DNA of 64,000 nucleotides from positions 121,088-185,087 of the forward strand of contig JAYZEQ010000008.1 in assembly GCA_036337175.1 (NCBI GenBank), read 5' to 3'. The DNA comes from Pseudomonadota bacterium (lineage in GTDB: Bacteria; Pseudomonadota; Alphaproteobacteria; Caulobacterales; Parvularculaceae). How positions within the stretch are numbered: the stretch's first letter is position 1; the number at the start of each line of letters is the position of its first letter. Under the pieces are notes generated by a model. It was not told the origin of the DNA. It was given only the letters and a program-made list of their open reading frames with translations, and did not search any database. The position numbers and the translations under genes are program-made. Shown piece after piece: positions 26,445 through 35,246 of this stretch.

Positions 26445-27250
26445 GGCGCGCGCTTTTCAAGCCGGCTCGCGATTTTCGCCTCCAGGTCTTCCGTCGCCGC
26501 GCTCAATCTCTGTGCGAGGCTTTCATTGTTGAAGGCGATCAGACCGCGCCAGGCGACTTGGGGAACGATCTCCTTCCAGATCTCGGCGTCCGGCGGAGCG
26601 GCGAGAAAGCCGCCGCCTGCGGCGTAGAGCGGACTTTGTTCTGCCTTTTCCTTGAATGCAGATGAAACGTTGGCGGAGGCCGGCAATTGCGCGTTCATCA
26701 GGGCGCTGTCCCAGCGGCGCGGCGGAACATTCTTGCTCAGAACAAAGGCGACAAACGCCTGATCGACGAAAAACGTGTTGTTCTTGTCGAGCGCGGCCTC
26801 AAGACGGCTGGTGCGGAAGAAATAGGAAATGATCTCTGCGCGCAACGCGGGATCGGAAATGATCTCGAGTTTGCCGGAGCCCTGAAGATCGAGAAAGGTC
26901 GGACTTTGCGTCCTCAGCGTGCGGCGCACGGTCAGTTCGTTCAGGCCCATATTGATTTTCCGAGCCCGCTGCGCGGAGACGTCATTCTGAATCAGGTCGT
27001 AGATATCGTTCGCAAGATTGGCGTGAAACTGTTCGAACTCGATCTGCGCCGCGACTTCTTCCTGAATGTTGCGAAGGTCGCCCTGCAATTGCTTGAGATA
27101 CGCCGTCTCGGTCCGGCGGTCGGCGATTTCGGCGTTCCAGTTCGACACCTGAATGCCGATGAAGACGCCCAGGACGACAATGACGAAGTCGAGCGCGACC
27201 GCCGTCCAGTGCTGCGCCTTCACATGTTCGATGACGCGGCGGAGGATCAT
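26441..27250 (-). CDS. Array paralogue A (DUF6090-like), 269 aa
   Basis: Start placed at ATG 27250 (MILRRV); PTFLDLQGSGKLEII motif. Confidence 0.85.
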   Translation of the reverse strand: MILRRVIEHVKAQHWTAVALDFVIVVLGVFIGIQVSNWNAEIADRRTETAYLKQLQGDLRNIQEEVAAQIEFEQFHANLANDIYDLIQNDVSAQRARKINMGLNELTVRRTLRTQSPTFLDLQGSGKLEIISDPALRAEIISYFFRTSRLEAALDKNNTFFVDQAFVAFVLSKNVPPRRWDSALMNAQLPASANVSSAFKEKAEQSPLYAAGGGFLAAPPDAEIWKEIVPQVAWRGLIAFNNESLAQRLSAATEDLEAKIASRLEKRAP

Positions 27251-27294
27251 CCGCGCCGCACGCCGGAGATGCTCCGGCCGCCGCCAGCCGTCAT
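27247..27294 (-). other. 15-aa leader mini-ORF (MTAGGGRSISGVRRG) coupled to array gene A
   Basis: GGAGAGGG RBS then ATG 27294; its TGA overlaps the ATG of gene A (ATGA). Confidence 0.5.
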
Positions 27295-27356
27295 GGTTTC
27301 CCCTCTCCGCCCGGCGCGAAGGGCGGCGACGCAACAGGCGCGTGGAAAGGGCGACC

Positions 27357-28832
27357 CTACTCGACGCCGAGCTTCTTCTTCAAGATGTCATTCACCGCGG
27401 CCGGATTGGCCTTGCCGCCGGTCGCCTTCATCACCTGGCCGACGAACCAGCCGAAGGTTTTCGGCTTTTCCTTCACCTGCGCGACCTGATCGGGATTGGC
27501 GGCGATGATGTCGTCGACCGCCTTCTCGATGGCGCCCGTATCGGTCACCTGCTTGAGGCCGCGCTTTTCGACGATCTCGGCGGGCGCGCCCTTCTCCTCG
27601 CCGGAGAACATCAGCGCGAAGACGTCCTTGGCGATCTTGCCGGAAATGGTGCCGTCCCTGATGAGATCGATGAGGCCGCCGAGACGCGCCGCCTCGATCG
27701 GCGTCTCCCCGATTTCGAGGCCCGCCTTGTTGAGCGCGCCGAACAGCTCCTGCGTCACCCAGTTCGCGGCGAGCTTGCCGTCGCGGCCTTTCGCGACCGT
27801 CTCGAAATAGTCGGACTTCTCCTTGTCGGCGGCGAGCACCGAGGCGTCGTAGGGCGACAGGCCGTAGGCTTCCATGAAGCGGTGCTTCTTGGCGTCGGGA
27901 AGCTCGGGCAGACTGGCGCGGATCTTCTCCACGAACGCCTCGTCTAGCTCCAGCGGCAGAAGATCCGGGTCCGGAAAATAGCGATAGTCGTGCGCGTCCT
28001 CCTTGGAGCGCATGGTGCGCGTCTCGCCGGTCGTCGGGTTGAAGAGGCGCGTCTCCTGATCGATCCGGCCGCCCGCCTCCAGCACTTCGATCTGGCGGCG
28101 CGCTTCGTAATCGATGACCTGCCGCACGAAGCGGATGGAGTTGACGTTCTTGGTTTCCGTCCGTGTACCGAGCTTTTCGCCGGGCCGGCGCACCGAGACG
28201 TTGACGTCGGCGCGCATCGAGCCTTCCTCCATGTTGCCGTCGCAGGTGCCGAGATAGCGCAGGATCGTCCGCAGCTTGGAGAAATACGCCGCCCCCTCCT
28301 CCGCCGAGCGCATGTCGGGCTTCGAGACGATCTCCATCAACGCCACGCCGGAGCGATTCAAATCGACATAGGACTCCTTCGGCGCAAGGTCGTGGATCGA
28401 CTTGCCTGCGTCCTGTTCGAGATGCAGCCGTTCGATGCCGACGGTGATGGTCTCGCCGCCCTCAAGCTCGACCTCGATCGCCCCCTCGCCGACCACCGGG
28501 TCTTTATACTGCGAGATCTGATAGCCCTGCGGCAGGTCGGGATAGAAATAGTTCTTGCGGTCGAAGCGCGACCAGAGATTGATCCTGGCGTTGAGCCCGA
28601 GCCCGGTCTTCACCGCCTGCTCGACGCAATATTTGTTGATGACCGGCAGCATCCCCGGCATCGCCGCATCGACCAGCGACACGTTCTCGTTCGGCCCCGC
28701 GCCGTATTCCGCCGAGGCGCCCGAGAACAGCTTCGCCTTCGAGGTCACCTGCGCATGCACTTCGAGGCCGATCACGACCTCCCAGTCGCCGGTGGAGCCT
28801 TTGAGCAGTTTGCGGGGTTCGGCGGCGGTCAT
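27357..28832 (-). CDS. gatB: Asp/Glu-tRNA amidotransferase subunit B
   Basis: [59 protein letters not shown]-like. Confidence 0.97.
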   Translation of the reverse strand: MTAAEPRKLLKGSTGDWEVVIGLEVHAQVTSKAKLFSGASAEYGAGPNENVSLVDAAMPGMLPVINKYCVEQAVKTGLGLNARINLWSRFDRKNYFYPDLPQGYQISQYKDPVVGEGAIEVELEGGETITVGIERLHLEQDAGKSIHDLAPKESYVDLNRSGVALMEIVSKPDMRSAEEGAAYFSKLRTILRYLGTCDGNMEEGSMRADVNVSVRRPGEKLGTRTETKNVNSIRFVRQVIDYEARRQIEVLEAGGRIDQETRLFNPTTGETRTMRSKEDAHDYRYFPDPDLLPLELDEAFVEKIRASLPELPDAKKHRFMEAYGLSPYDASVLAADKEKSDYFETVAKGRDGKLAANWVTQELFGALNKAGLEIGETPIEAARLGGLIDLIRDGTISGKIAKDVFALMFSGEEKGAPAEIVEKRGLKQVTDTGAIEKAVDDIIAANPDQVAQVKEKPKTFGWFVGQVMKATGGKANPAAVNDILKKKLGVE

Positions 28833-28877
28833 CGAGCGTCCTTGATCCGGGTTTGAAGCATCCAGACCCTAAAGCAC

Positions 28878-28953
28878 TTTCGCGCGGAATTGGGAACCGG
28901 GAAATCGGCCTCCGCCAGCCCCGGCGCGGGCTCCAGCCTGCTTTCGCGCGAAA
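28878..28953. repeat. Left copy of a degenerate direct repeat carrying two TTTCGCGCGAAA-like palindromes
   Basis: 28915-28953 vs 29392-29430 match 31/39 ungapped; palindromes at 28878 and 28942. Confidence 0.6.
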
Positions 28954-28981
28954 CGGAAGAGCGCCCGGCGCGGCGGCGGGC

Positions 28982-29012
28982 AAACTTATCCCCGCCCCGG
29001 AGGGCGGGCTTA
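28982..29012. repeat. Left 31-nt inverted repeat with internal hairpin
   Basis: AAACTTATCCCCGCCC-N5-GGCGGGCTTA; 25/31 identical to the reverse complement of 29533-29563, first 16 nt exact. Confidence 0.7.
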
Positions 29013-29048
29013 GGCTCGAAAGCCGCAGTCAGCCGAAAGGAGCCTTCC

Positions 29049-29345
29049 ATGCTGTCCGTTCTCACCGCCGACGAGGCCAAGCGCCGGTTCGGCGCCCTTC
29101 TGAAACAGGCCGATGATTCCCCGGTCATTCTCACCCGCCACGGACGCCCGCGCTGCGTCGTCCTGTCGGCGCAACTGTTCCAGGCGCTGCTGTTCGTGGC
29201 GCGGGCGAACGAGGCGCGCAAAATCGGAGTGGCGGCGAAAACCGCCATGGTGCGTTTCGCGCGGCAGGACATCGAGGGCGGCGCGGCGATCATTAGCGAG
29301 GCGCACGGCCAGATGCGCCGCCTCGACCGCCTGTCGGTCCGCTGA
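29049..29345 (+). CDS. Phd/YefM-family antitoxin-like protein (no adjacent toxin)
   Basis: TADEAKRRFGALL..A..SPVILTRHGRP..VVLS; AAGGAG RBS before ATG 29049. Confidence 0.75.
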   Translation: MLSVLTADEAKRRFGALLKQADDSPVILTRHGRPRCVVLSAQLFQALLFVARANEARKIGVAAKTAMVRFARQDIEGGAAIISEAHGQMRRLDRLSVR

Positions 29346-29354
29346 CGGCGCCGG

Positions 29355-29430
29355 AATCGCGCGAAACGCGGTCGCCGGCGCGTCGACCTTTCCAGCGCCG
29401 GCGCGGCCCGCAGTCCGGTTTCGCACGAAA
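29355..29430. repeat. Right copy of the degenerate direct repeat
   Basis: Palindrome-like sites at 29355 and 29419, 64 nt apart as in the left copy. Confidence 0.6.
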
Positions 29431-29532
29431 GACGGGCGGGCGCGCAGGCGCCCGCCCCCTCCGCCGCGACAGTCGCCGCGACGGGGCCGAACGCCGCCTT
29501 CTGATGAATGTCTTCGATCATGCAGAAGAATA

Positions 29533-29563
29533 TAGGCCCGCCTAAAAGGGCGGGGATAAGTTT
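29533..29563. repeat. Right 31-nt inverted repeat
   Basis: TAGGCCCGCCTAAAAGGGCGGGGATAAGTTT. Confidence 0.7.
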
Positions 29564-29664
29564 CCGCGCAGTTTTTTTGCGAGAGCCGCACGGACTCCCC
29601 TCTCTCGTTTGCAGGAAAGGGAACGCACAGTGAGTCTGGAAACGACCCGCGCCACTGTGAAGCG

Positions 29665-30435
29665 TTAGTGAGACGGGCCCTTCTCCGCCCGCTCGATCGT
29701 CCGCCGGATCGCCTTGTAGAGGCGTTGCGGCAGTTGCAGTTCGAGATAGTGAGTGCCGCCCCTGACCAGTTCGAACTCCTTGTCGGCGTCGGGCGCGAGG
29801 TAGGTCTGCAGCTCGCTCGCCGCTTCGAGCGGCACGAGCGTGTCGAGATCGCCGTGCAGGATGGTGACCGGAACCTTGAGGTCTTTCAGCCGCGCGAACA
29901 GCGGGCCGATCTGTTCGCGGCGCCCCGCCACCTCGGCTCGCGCGTTGTGCAGATAGCCCGGCAGCACGTCGCGGACGACCGGCCACGCCGCGATCTTCGT
30001 CGAGGCGTTCACATAGGAGCGCGGTTCGGAGACCAGCATCGCCACGGTGACGACGCCGGCGACGCGGCGCGGAAAGTCGAGCGCCGTCTTCAGCGCCAGC
30101 GCCCCGCCATAGGAAACGCCGATGACGATGGTCCGCTTCCCGTCGTCCTTGTCGATGAGCGGCGCGAAGGCCCGCACCTGATCGTCGAACGACAGCACCG
30201 GCGCGCGCCGCCCGGCGCCCCACATCGGCCCGCCATAGCCGGCGCGGTTCGGCACCACGATCTCCAGATCTTCCGGCGCCTGTTCGAGAAACCGCCGGAA
30301 CATGTGCGGCCGCGACGGCGTGCCGGGAATCGCCAGCACCCGCCACGCGCCGTCCGACGGCGCATGGTCGTAGGTCATCTCGTAACCGCCGAGGATCGGG
30401 GCCGTGTAGGCGAGCCTGCTATAGTTGCGCTTCAT
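29665..30435 (-). CDS. Alpha/beta hydrolase
   Basis: GVSYGG nucleophile elbow; HGDLDTLVP; GGTHY. Confidence 0.88.
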   Translation of the reverse strand: MKRNYSRLAYTAPILGGYEMTYDHAPSDGAWRVLAIPGTPSRPHMFRRFLEQAPEDLEIVVPNRAGYGGPMWGAGRRAPVLSFDDQVRAFAPLIDKDDGKRTIVIGVSYGGALALKTALDFPRRVAGVVTVAMLVSEPRSYVNASTKIAAWPVVRDVLPGYLHNARAEVAGRREQIGPLFARLKDLKVPVTILHGDLDTLVPLEAASELQTYLAPDADKEFELVRGGTHYLELQLPQRLYKAIRRTIERAEKGPSH

Positions 30436-30559
30436 GCTTTTCTAACCGGGAATTTGTATTTTTACCCTACCGGGTTTTCGCGCTCGGCTAAGCCCCTGCG
30501 GGCGATATAAATCAACAAAAACGGACCGCCGAAGGCGGCCGCGAAAGGGGTGGGAAAGA

Positions 30560-31426
30560 GTGTCGGCGGGCGACATCGCGACTTTGCGCGATCTGAAGAT
30601 TTCGGCTTTGTCGGAACGCGGCGGCCTGTGCTGGCCGACGCTGATCCTCGCGAACGTCATCTTTGCGGCGCTGGTCGTCCAGACATGGCTCGCCGCGACC
30701 GGCGTCATTCCCCTGTGGGCGGGAACCCTGCTCAACACCTTCTGGATGATCCAGGGCTACGCCCCCGGGCACGAAGCCGTGCACCGGAACATTCACGGCC
30801 GCGACGAGCGCTTCCGCTGGATCAACGGCGTCATCGGCCGCTCGGTGTTCTTCTGCGCGCTGCATTCCTTCACCATGCACGAGCATGTGCACCGCATGCA
30901 TCACGCGCATCTCAACGACCCGGAAAAGGATATCGACGAGGCGGTGATCCATGCGCCGGGCTTCTGGTCGGCGTTCCTGCGCTCCTTCCTGTTCTATCCG
31001 CATACGAAGTACCACGGCCTGCGCATCGCCAAATACCATCCGCGCCCAAAGGCCTTCCTCGCGGCCGTCGCGGCGGAGCTCGCCGTTCCCTACGCCATCC
31101 TCATCGCGCTGGTCGTCATGGGCTACGGGAAGGAAGTCCTGTTCCTGTGGATTTTGCCGACCATTCTCACCTTTTCAGGTGTCGTCATGTTCGTCGGCTG
31201 GCTGCCGCACCATCTCGAAAAGACCGACAACCCCTTGCGCGCGACGCGCGTCATCGAGGCGCCGCAGACCGTGAAGGGCCGGCTCGCGACATGGCTCTAC
31301 AACTATCACAACTACCATCTCGTTCATCACCTCTTCCCCGCCGTTCCTTGGACGCGGCTCGAGCGCGTCTACCGGCGCGGCAAGCATGTGCTGGAGAAGG
31401 AAGGCGCGCTGATCTCGCCGCTCTAG
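30560..31426 (+). CDS. Membrane di-iron desaturase/hydroxylase (fatty-acid desaturase / CrtR-like)
   Basis: Three His boxes HEAVH, HVHRMHH, HNYHLVHH plus TM segments. Confidence 0.88.
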   Translation: MSAGDIATLRDLKISALSERGGLCWPTLILANVIFAALVVQTWLAATGVIPLWAGTLLNTFWMIQGYAPGHEAVHRNIHGRDERFRWINGVIGRSVFFCALHSFTMHEHVHRMHHAHLNDPEKDIDEAVIHAPGFWSAFLRSFLFYPHTKYHGLRIAKYHPRPKAFLAAVAAELAVPYAILIALVVMGYGKEVLFLWILPTILTFSGVVMFVGWLPHHLEKTDNPLRATRVIEAPQTVKGRLATWLYNYHNYHLVHHLFPAVPWTRLERVYRRGKHVLEKEGALISPL

Positions 31427-31521
31427 GCGCGCGGCCGATGCGGCCAAAGCGCTTGCAGAGCGGCGGCTCATGGCCGATCTTCACGCCGCCTGATCTTCGC
31501 ATATTGAAGGAACGCGATCGT

Positions 31522-32169
31522 ATGAGCGAGACTCTGACCATCTGGACCTATGACTGGGTGCCCGAGGGCCCGCGAGGATTCGTCCGCGACTTGCGTTTGC
31601 GCTGGGCGGCGGAAGAAGCAGGGCTTCGTTACGAAGTCGGCGCGGTTCCGTTCGAAGACCGGCAAGCCGCCCATTTCGACCGCCAGCCGTTCGGGCAGAC
31701 GCCCTTTCTGACGGACGGCGACATCGCCGTCTTCGAGAGCGGCGCGTGCCTGCTGCACCTGGCGCGCAAGAGCGACATCCTGATGCCGCGCACGCCGGGC
31801 GGCGAGGCCGGAACGATGCAGTGGATCGTCGCGGCGCTCAACTCGATCGAGATGGTCAGCGTGCCGTGGTGGTTCCTTGGACTCTCCGGCGACGATGAAA
31901 ACGGCCTCTCCGGCTGGCTCGACAGCCGGCTCGCCCGCATGGAGGCCGTATTGAGCGAACGCGACTGGCTCGTGGATGGCCGGTTCACCGTCGCCGATCT
32001 CTTAATGGCGGACGTGCTGCGCGTTCCCAAGGTTCGCGCGCGCGGGAACCGCCCTGCGACCGAAGCCTATATCCGGCGTCTTGTTTCCCGGCCGGCCTTC
32101 AAGAAGGCGCACGCCGACCAACTGGCGCATTTTGCGGCCGCCGATGAAAGGCGCGCGCGCGACCGCTGA
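31522..32169 (+). CDS. Glutathione S-transferase family protein
   Basis: RDLRLRWAAEEAG, QPFGQTPFL, FESGACLLHL, FTVADLLMADVL; ATG 31522. Confidence 0.9.
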   Translation: MSETLTIWTYDWVPEGPRGFVRDLRLRWAAEEAGLRYEVGAVPFEDRQAAHFDRQPFGQTPFLTDGDIAVFESGACLLHLARKSDILMPRTPGGEAGTMQWIVAALNSIEMVSVPWWFLGLSGDDENGLSGWLDSRLARMEAVLSERDWLVDGRFTVADLLMADVLRVPKVRARGNRPATEAYIRRLVSRPAFKKAHADQLAHFAAADERRARDR

Positions 32170-32201
32170 TCGAATCCGTCGATGCGGCCGGGCGCGGCGC
32201 T

Positions 32202-33044
32202 TCACCCGGCGAGCGGCGCCCAGATCTCGACGCCGCCGCGTCCTGTCGCCGGGTTGAAGCTCTCGCCGTAATGCTCGATCAGCATCAAGGGCCCCTCGCC
32301 GACTTTCACACCGGCCTTCGGCTGCCATTCGCTATAGATCGCAGCGCAGGTCGCGCCGATGGTCGAGACGTGATCCTCGTGCCGGAACACCGCGTAGCGG
32401 CGGCGCGGGATGCGCGCGCCCGACAGCCCTTCCGGCAGGTCGTCGAGCGAGGTGACGGCGACGGCCGGCATGTAGTCGAACCCCTCCTCGCCCGACGATG
32501 GCGCGAAGCACACGCCGTAGGCGTCGCGCCCGATCTGGCCGGGCGTCCGGCCGATATGGGGCGCGAAACGCTGCCACTGGCCGGGAATCCCGGCGCGCTC
32601 CTCGAAAGTGCGGAACTCCCTGATCCCGGCCATGAAGAAGGGCCCTTCCTCGCGGATGACGGGATCGGCGAGGCCTGCTGCTTTGACGTCGGACATTTTG
32701 AACGGCTCCGTAAGATCGAGACTGTCGAGGCTGCGCCGTGTACGGACCGTTTCTGGCGTGACGCCGAACTGATCGCGGAAGGCGCGGGTGAACGCTTCGT
32801 GGGAGCCGTAACCGACGGCGAGCGCGACAGGGAGAATCTCGCCGCCCTCCCCAGCCAGCGTCTTCGCCGCCTCGCTGAGGCGACGGGCGCGCAGATAGGC
32901 GGTGACCGAGCGGCCCGTCGCCTGCGCGAAGATACGCGACAGGTGGAACCGCGACAGGCCGCTGGCGCCCGCCACGTCGTCGAGCCCTATCGGTTCGGCG
33001 AAATGGCTTTCGATATACCAGACGGCGCGGCGGATCGGTTCCAT
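32202..33044 (-). CDS. AraC-family regulator with GyrI-like effector domain
   Basis: YLRARRLSEAA, YGSHEAFTRAFR.QFG.TP; C-terminal YAVFRH..HVSTI. Confidence 0.92.
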   Translation of the reverse strand: MEPIRRAVWYIESHFAEPIGLDDVAGASGLSRFHLSRIFAQATGRSVTAYLRARRLSEAAKTLAGEGGEILPVALAVGYGSHEAFTRAFRDQFGVTPETVRTRRSLDSLDLTEPFKMSDVKAAGLADPVIREEGPFFMAGIREFRTFEERAGIPGQWQRFAPHIGRTPGQIGRDAYGVCFAPSSGEEGFDYMPAVAVTSLDDLPEGLSGARIPRRRYAVFRHEDHVSTIGATCAAIYSEWQPKAGVKVGEGPLMLIEHYGESFNPATGRGGVEIWAPLAG

Positions 33045-33163
33045 GAACGACTCCGATGAAGCGAGGCGACTTTACCGCCGCCGCCCGACGCCCGCTTGAT
33101 CGGGCTTGCTGAAATCATCTCGCGCCGGGATAGTCTCCGCCGCAGCAACGCCTCAGGCCAGCC

Positions 33164-33787
33164 GTGCTACAGATTTTCGGGAAGGCCGAGTCCATCAACG
33201 TCGCCAAGGTTCTGTGGACCTGCGCCGAGCTTGGCCTCGATTTCGAACGGGAGGACTGGGGCGCAGGCTATCGCTCGCCGAAAGATCCCGCCTTCCTCGC
33301 CGTCAATCCGAACGGCATGGTCCCCGCCATACGCGACGGCGATTTCACGCTCTGGGAATCGAACAGCATCATCCGCTACCTCGCCTCGCAATATGGCGGC
33401 GACGGGCTTTACCCGCGCGATCCCAAAAAGCGGGCGCGCATCGATCAGTGGATAGACTGGCAGGCGTCCGATCTCAACGCGTCGTGGCGCTACGCCTTCT
33501 CCGCGCTCGTGCGGAAACTTCCGGGCTTCGCGGACGAGACTGAAATCGCCAAATCGCTCGAAAGCTGGGGCCGCAACATGGCGATCCTCGACCGCCAGCT
33601 TGCGGCGACCGGCGCCTATGTCGCCGGGGCGGGTTTCACGCTGGCTGACATTCCGATCGGCCTGTCGGTGCTGCGCTGGCGGCGAACGCCGATCGATCAC
33701 GGCGACCTCTCCTTCGTCGGCGCCTATTACCAGCGCCTTCTTGACCGAGACGGATTCCGGCGCTTCGGCGCGGACGGGATGAAGTAG
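33164..33787 (+). CDS. Glutathione S-transferase (GstB-like)
   Basis: [38 protein letters not shown]. Confidence 0.9.
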   Translation: MLQIFGKAESINVAKVLWTCAELGLDFEREDWGAGYRSPKDPAFLAVNPNGMVPAIRDGDFTLWESNSIIRYLASQYGGDGLYPRDPKKRARIDQWIDWQASDLNASWRYAFSALVRKLPGFADETEIAKSLESWGRNMAILDRQLAATGAYVAGAGFTLADIPIGLSVLRWRRTPIDHGDLSFVGAYYQRLLDRDGFRRFGADGMK

Positions 33788-33807
33788 AAGCGCGCCTCAG
33801 TCGCCGC

Positions 33808-34224
33808 CTATCGCGGCAGCAGCGGGTTCGGGTTTTTCGCGTCGAGTCCGCCGGAGCCGTAGGGGCGAGTAATGACTTCGAGCAGGTGTCCGTTCGGATC
33901 GTCGAAATAGACGCCGCGTCCGTCGTCATAGGTGTTGATCGCGCCCGGCTGCCTGCGGAACGGGTCGGCCCAGTAGTGCAGGCCGCGCTCCTTGATCCGC
34001 GCGAAGATCGCGTCGAATTCCTCTTCGCTCGCGAGGAACGCGAAATGCCGCTGCTCGATCCCGCCGTCGGTCGAGACGTAATCGAGCGACGCGTCGCCGA
34101 CCTGCACGACGACGAAATGGCCGAGCCGTTTCGCCGGCGCGAGGCCGAGAAGTTCGGTCATGAACTTCGCCGTCGCTTCGGCGTCCCGCGCGACGACGAT
34201 GGTGTGATTGAGGGTGATGGTCAT
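33808..34224 (-). CDS. VOC/glyoxalase family protein
   Basis: LNHTIV, HFAFL.SEEEFDAIF.RI, GRGVYF.DP.GHLLEVIT. Confidence 0.9.
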   Translation of the reverse strand: MTITLNHTIVVARDAEATAKFMTELLGLAPAKRLGHFVVVQVGDASLDYVSTDGGIEQRHFAFLASEEEFDAIFARIKERGLHYWADPFRRQPGAINTYDDGRGVYFDDPNGHLLEVITRPYGSGGLDAKNPNPLLPR

Positions 34225-34282
34225 GGGCGCATCGCCAGCAAAGCACACATCCGGGCCCTTCGCATCTCTTCCTCATGCAGCT

Positions 34283-34348
34283 CAATACTTAAGAATATGC
34301 TTGACTATTGGGTGCGCCGCCAATACTAAAGCATATGCTTGACCAATC
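34283..34348. promoter_or_regulatory. Tandem palindromic operator for the ArsR regulator
   Basis: CAATACTTAAGAATATGCTTGACTATTG (34283-34310) and CAATACTAAAGCATATGCTTGACCAATC (34321-34348); the second covers ATG 34335. Confidence 0.65.
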
Positions 34349-34700
34349 GCCGCAGCTCGATCGACTCTTTCACGCTTTGTCCGACCCGACGCGGCGCGCG
34401 GTTCTCGACCGGCTCACCCGGGGACCCGCCTCCGTGAGCGAGCTCGCCGCGCCGTTCAGCGCGACCCTTGCGAGCGTCGTCCAGCATGTTCAGGTGCTTG
34501 AGGCGAGCGGCCTCATTGCGACCGAAAAGATCGGCCGGACGCGGACCTGCCGCCTTTCCGCCGACGCCGTCGCGCGCGCCGAGCGCTGGCTGAGCGAGCG
34601 GCGCAAACTCTGGGAAGCTCGGTTCGATCGGCTCGGCGCGCTTCTGGAGGCGGAAGCGCCGCCGAACAAAAATGCAGCCAAACGAAAGAGGACCTCATGA
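34335..34700 (+). CDS. ArsR/SmtB-family regulator
   Basis: FHALSDPTRRA.L.RL, SVSELA, QHVQVLE.SGLI...K.GR.R. Confidence 0.92.
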   Translation: MLDQSPQLDRLFHALSDPTRRAVLDRLTRGPASVSELAAPFSATLASVVQHVQVLEASGLIATEKIGRTRTCRLSADAVARAERWLSERRKLWEARFDRLGALLEAEAPPNKNAAKRKRTS

Positions 34701-35182
34701 CCGCGGCCGCGCCGAAATACGCCTACGGAACTTTCACCCTGGAGCGGAGATGGGCGACGACGCCTGCGCGCGTCTTCGAGGCCTGGGCGGACGCCGACAT
34801 CAAGGCGCTATGGTTTCCCGGCGTGGACGAGGAGACGATGCGCGTCGTTCGCCGCGATCTCGATCTTCGTCGCGGCGGGATCGAGGTCCTCGAAGGAAAG
34901 TTCCACGCCAGCGGGATGACGGCGATCTACGAGGCGCGCTACCATCTCGTCGAACCCAATCGCCGGCTGGTCTACGACTATGATCTTCACCACGACGACC
35001 GGTTCCACTCGGTCACCTTGTCGAGTCTCTTCATCGAGCCCGACGGCGCGCATACGCGCGTGGCCTACACAGAGCAGATCGTGTTCCTCAACGGCGAGGA
35101 CGGCACGGCGAGCCGCAGGCACGGCACCGAGCTTCAGTGGGAGAAGCTTGAAACCGTCATGTTGCGCGCAGGGACGGCGTGA
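34697..35182 (+). CDS. SRPBCC/AHSA1-family protein
   Basis: FTLERR...TPARVFEAWAD...KA.WF, DL..GG; ATGA-coupled to the ArsR gene. Confidence 0.88.
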   Translation: MTAAAPKYAYGTFTLERRWATTPARVFEAWADADIKALWFPGVDEETMRVVRRDLDLRRGGIEVLEGKFHASGMTAIYEARYHLVEPNRRLVYDYDLHHDDRFHSVTLSSLFIEPDGAHTRVAYTEQIVFLNGEDGTASRRHGTELQWEKLETVMLRAGTA

Positions 35183-35246
35183 TGACGCTGGCGCTCTGGT
35201 CCCATCCGACCACAAAACGCCGCCGCATTAGCGACTGAAGCCGCTT

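Noticed and set aside
25669-26532. Plus-strand GGAGG-ATC-ATG at array junctions suggesting antisense peptides
   Set aside because: Just the reverse complement of ATGATCCTCC; the 3-nt SD spacing is too short and the peptides are not conserved between junctions
23285-27250. Array heads as CRISPR repeats, integron cassettes, shufflon or DGR
   Set aside because: Repeats are ~115-nt coding segments with ~650-nt coding spacers; genes overlap, leaving no attC; all on one strand; no cas, integrase, invertase or reverse transcriptase in the window
28829-30346. 505-aa minus-strand ORF spanning the hydrolase and antitoxin
   Set aside because: Low-complexity shadow overlapping two better-supported genes
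30550-32169. 539-aa ORF as a desaturase-GST fusion
   Set aside because: The desaturase is in a different frame with its own stop at 31426; the GST has its own RBS and ATG at 31522
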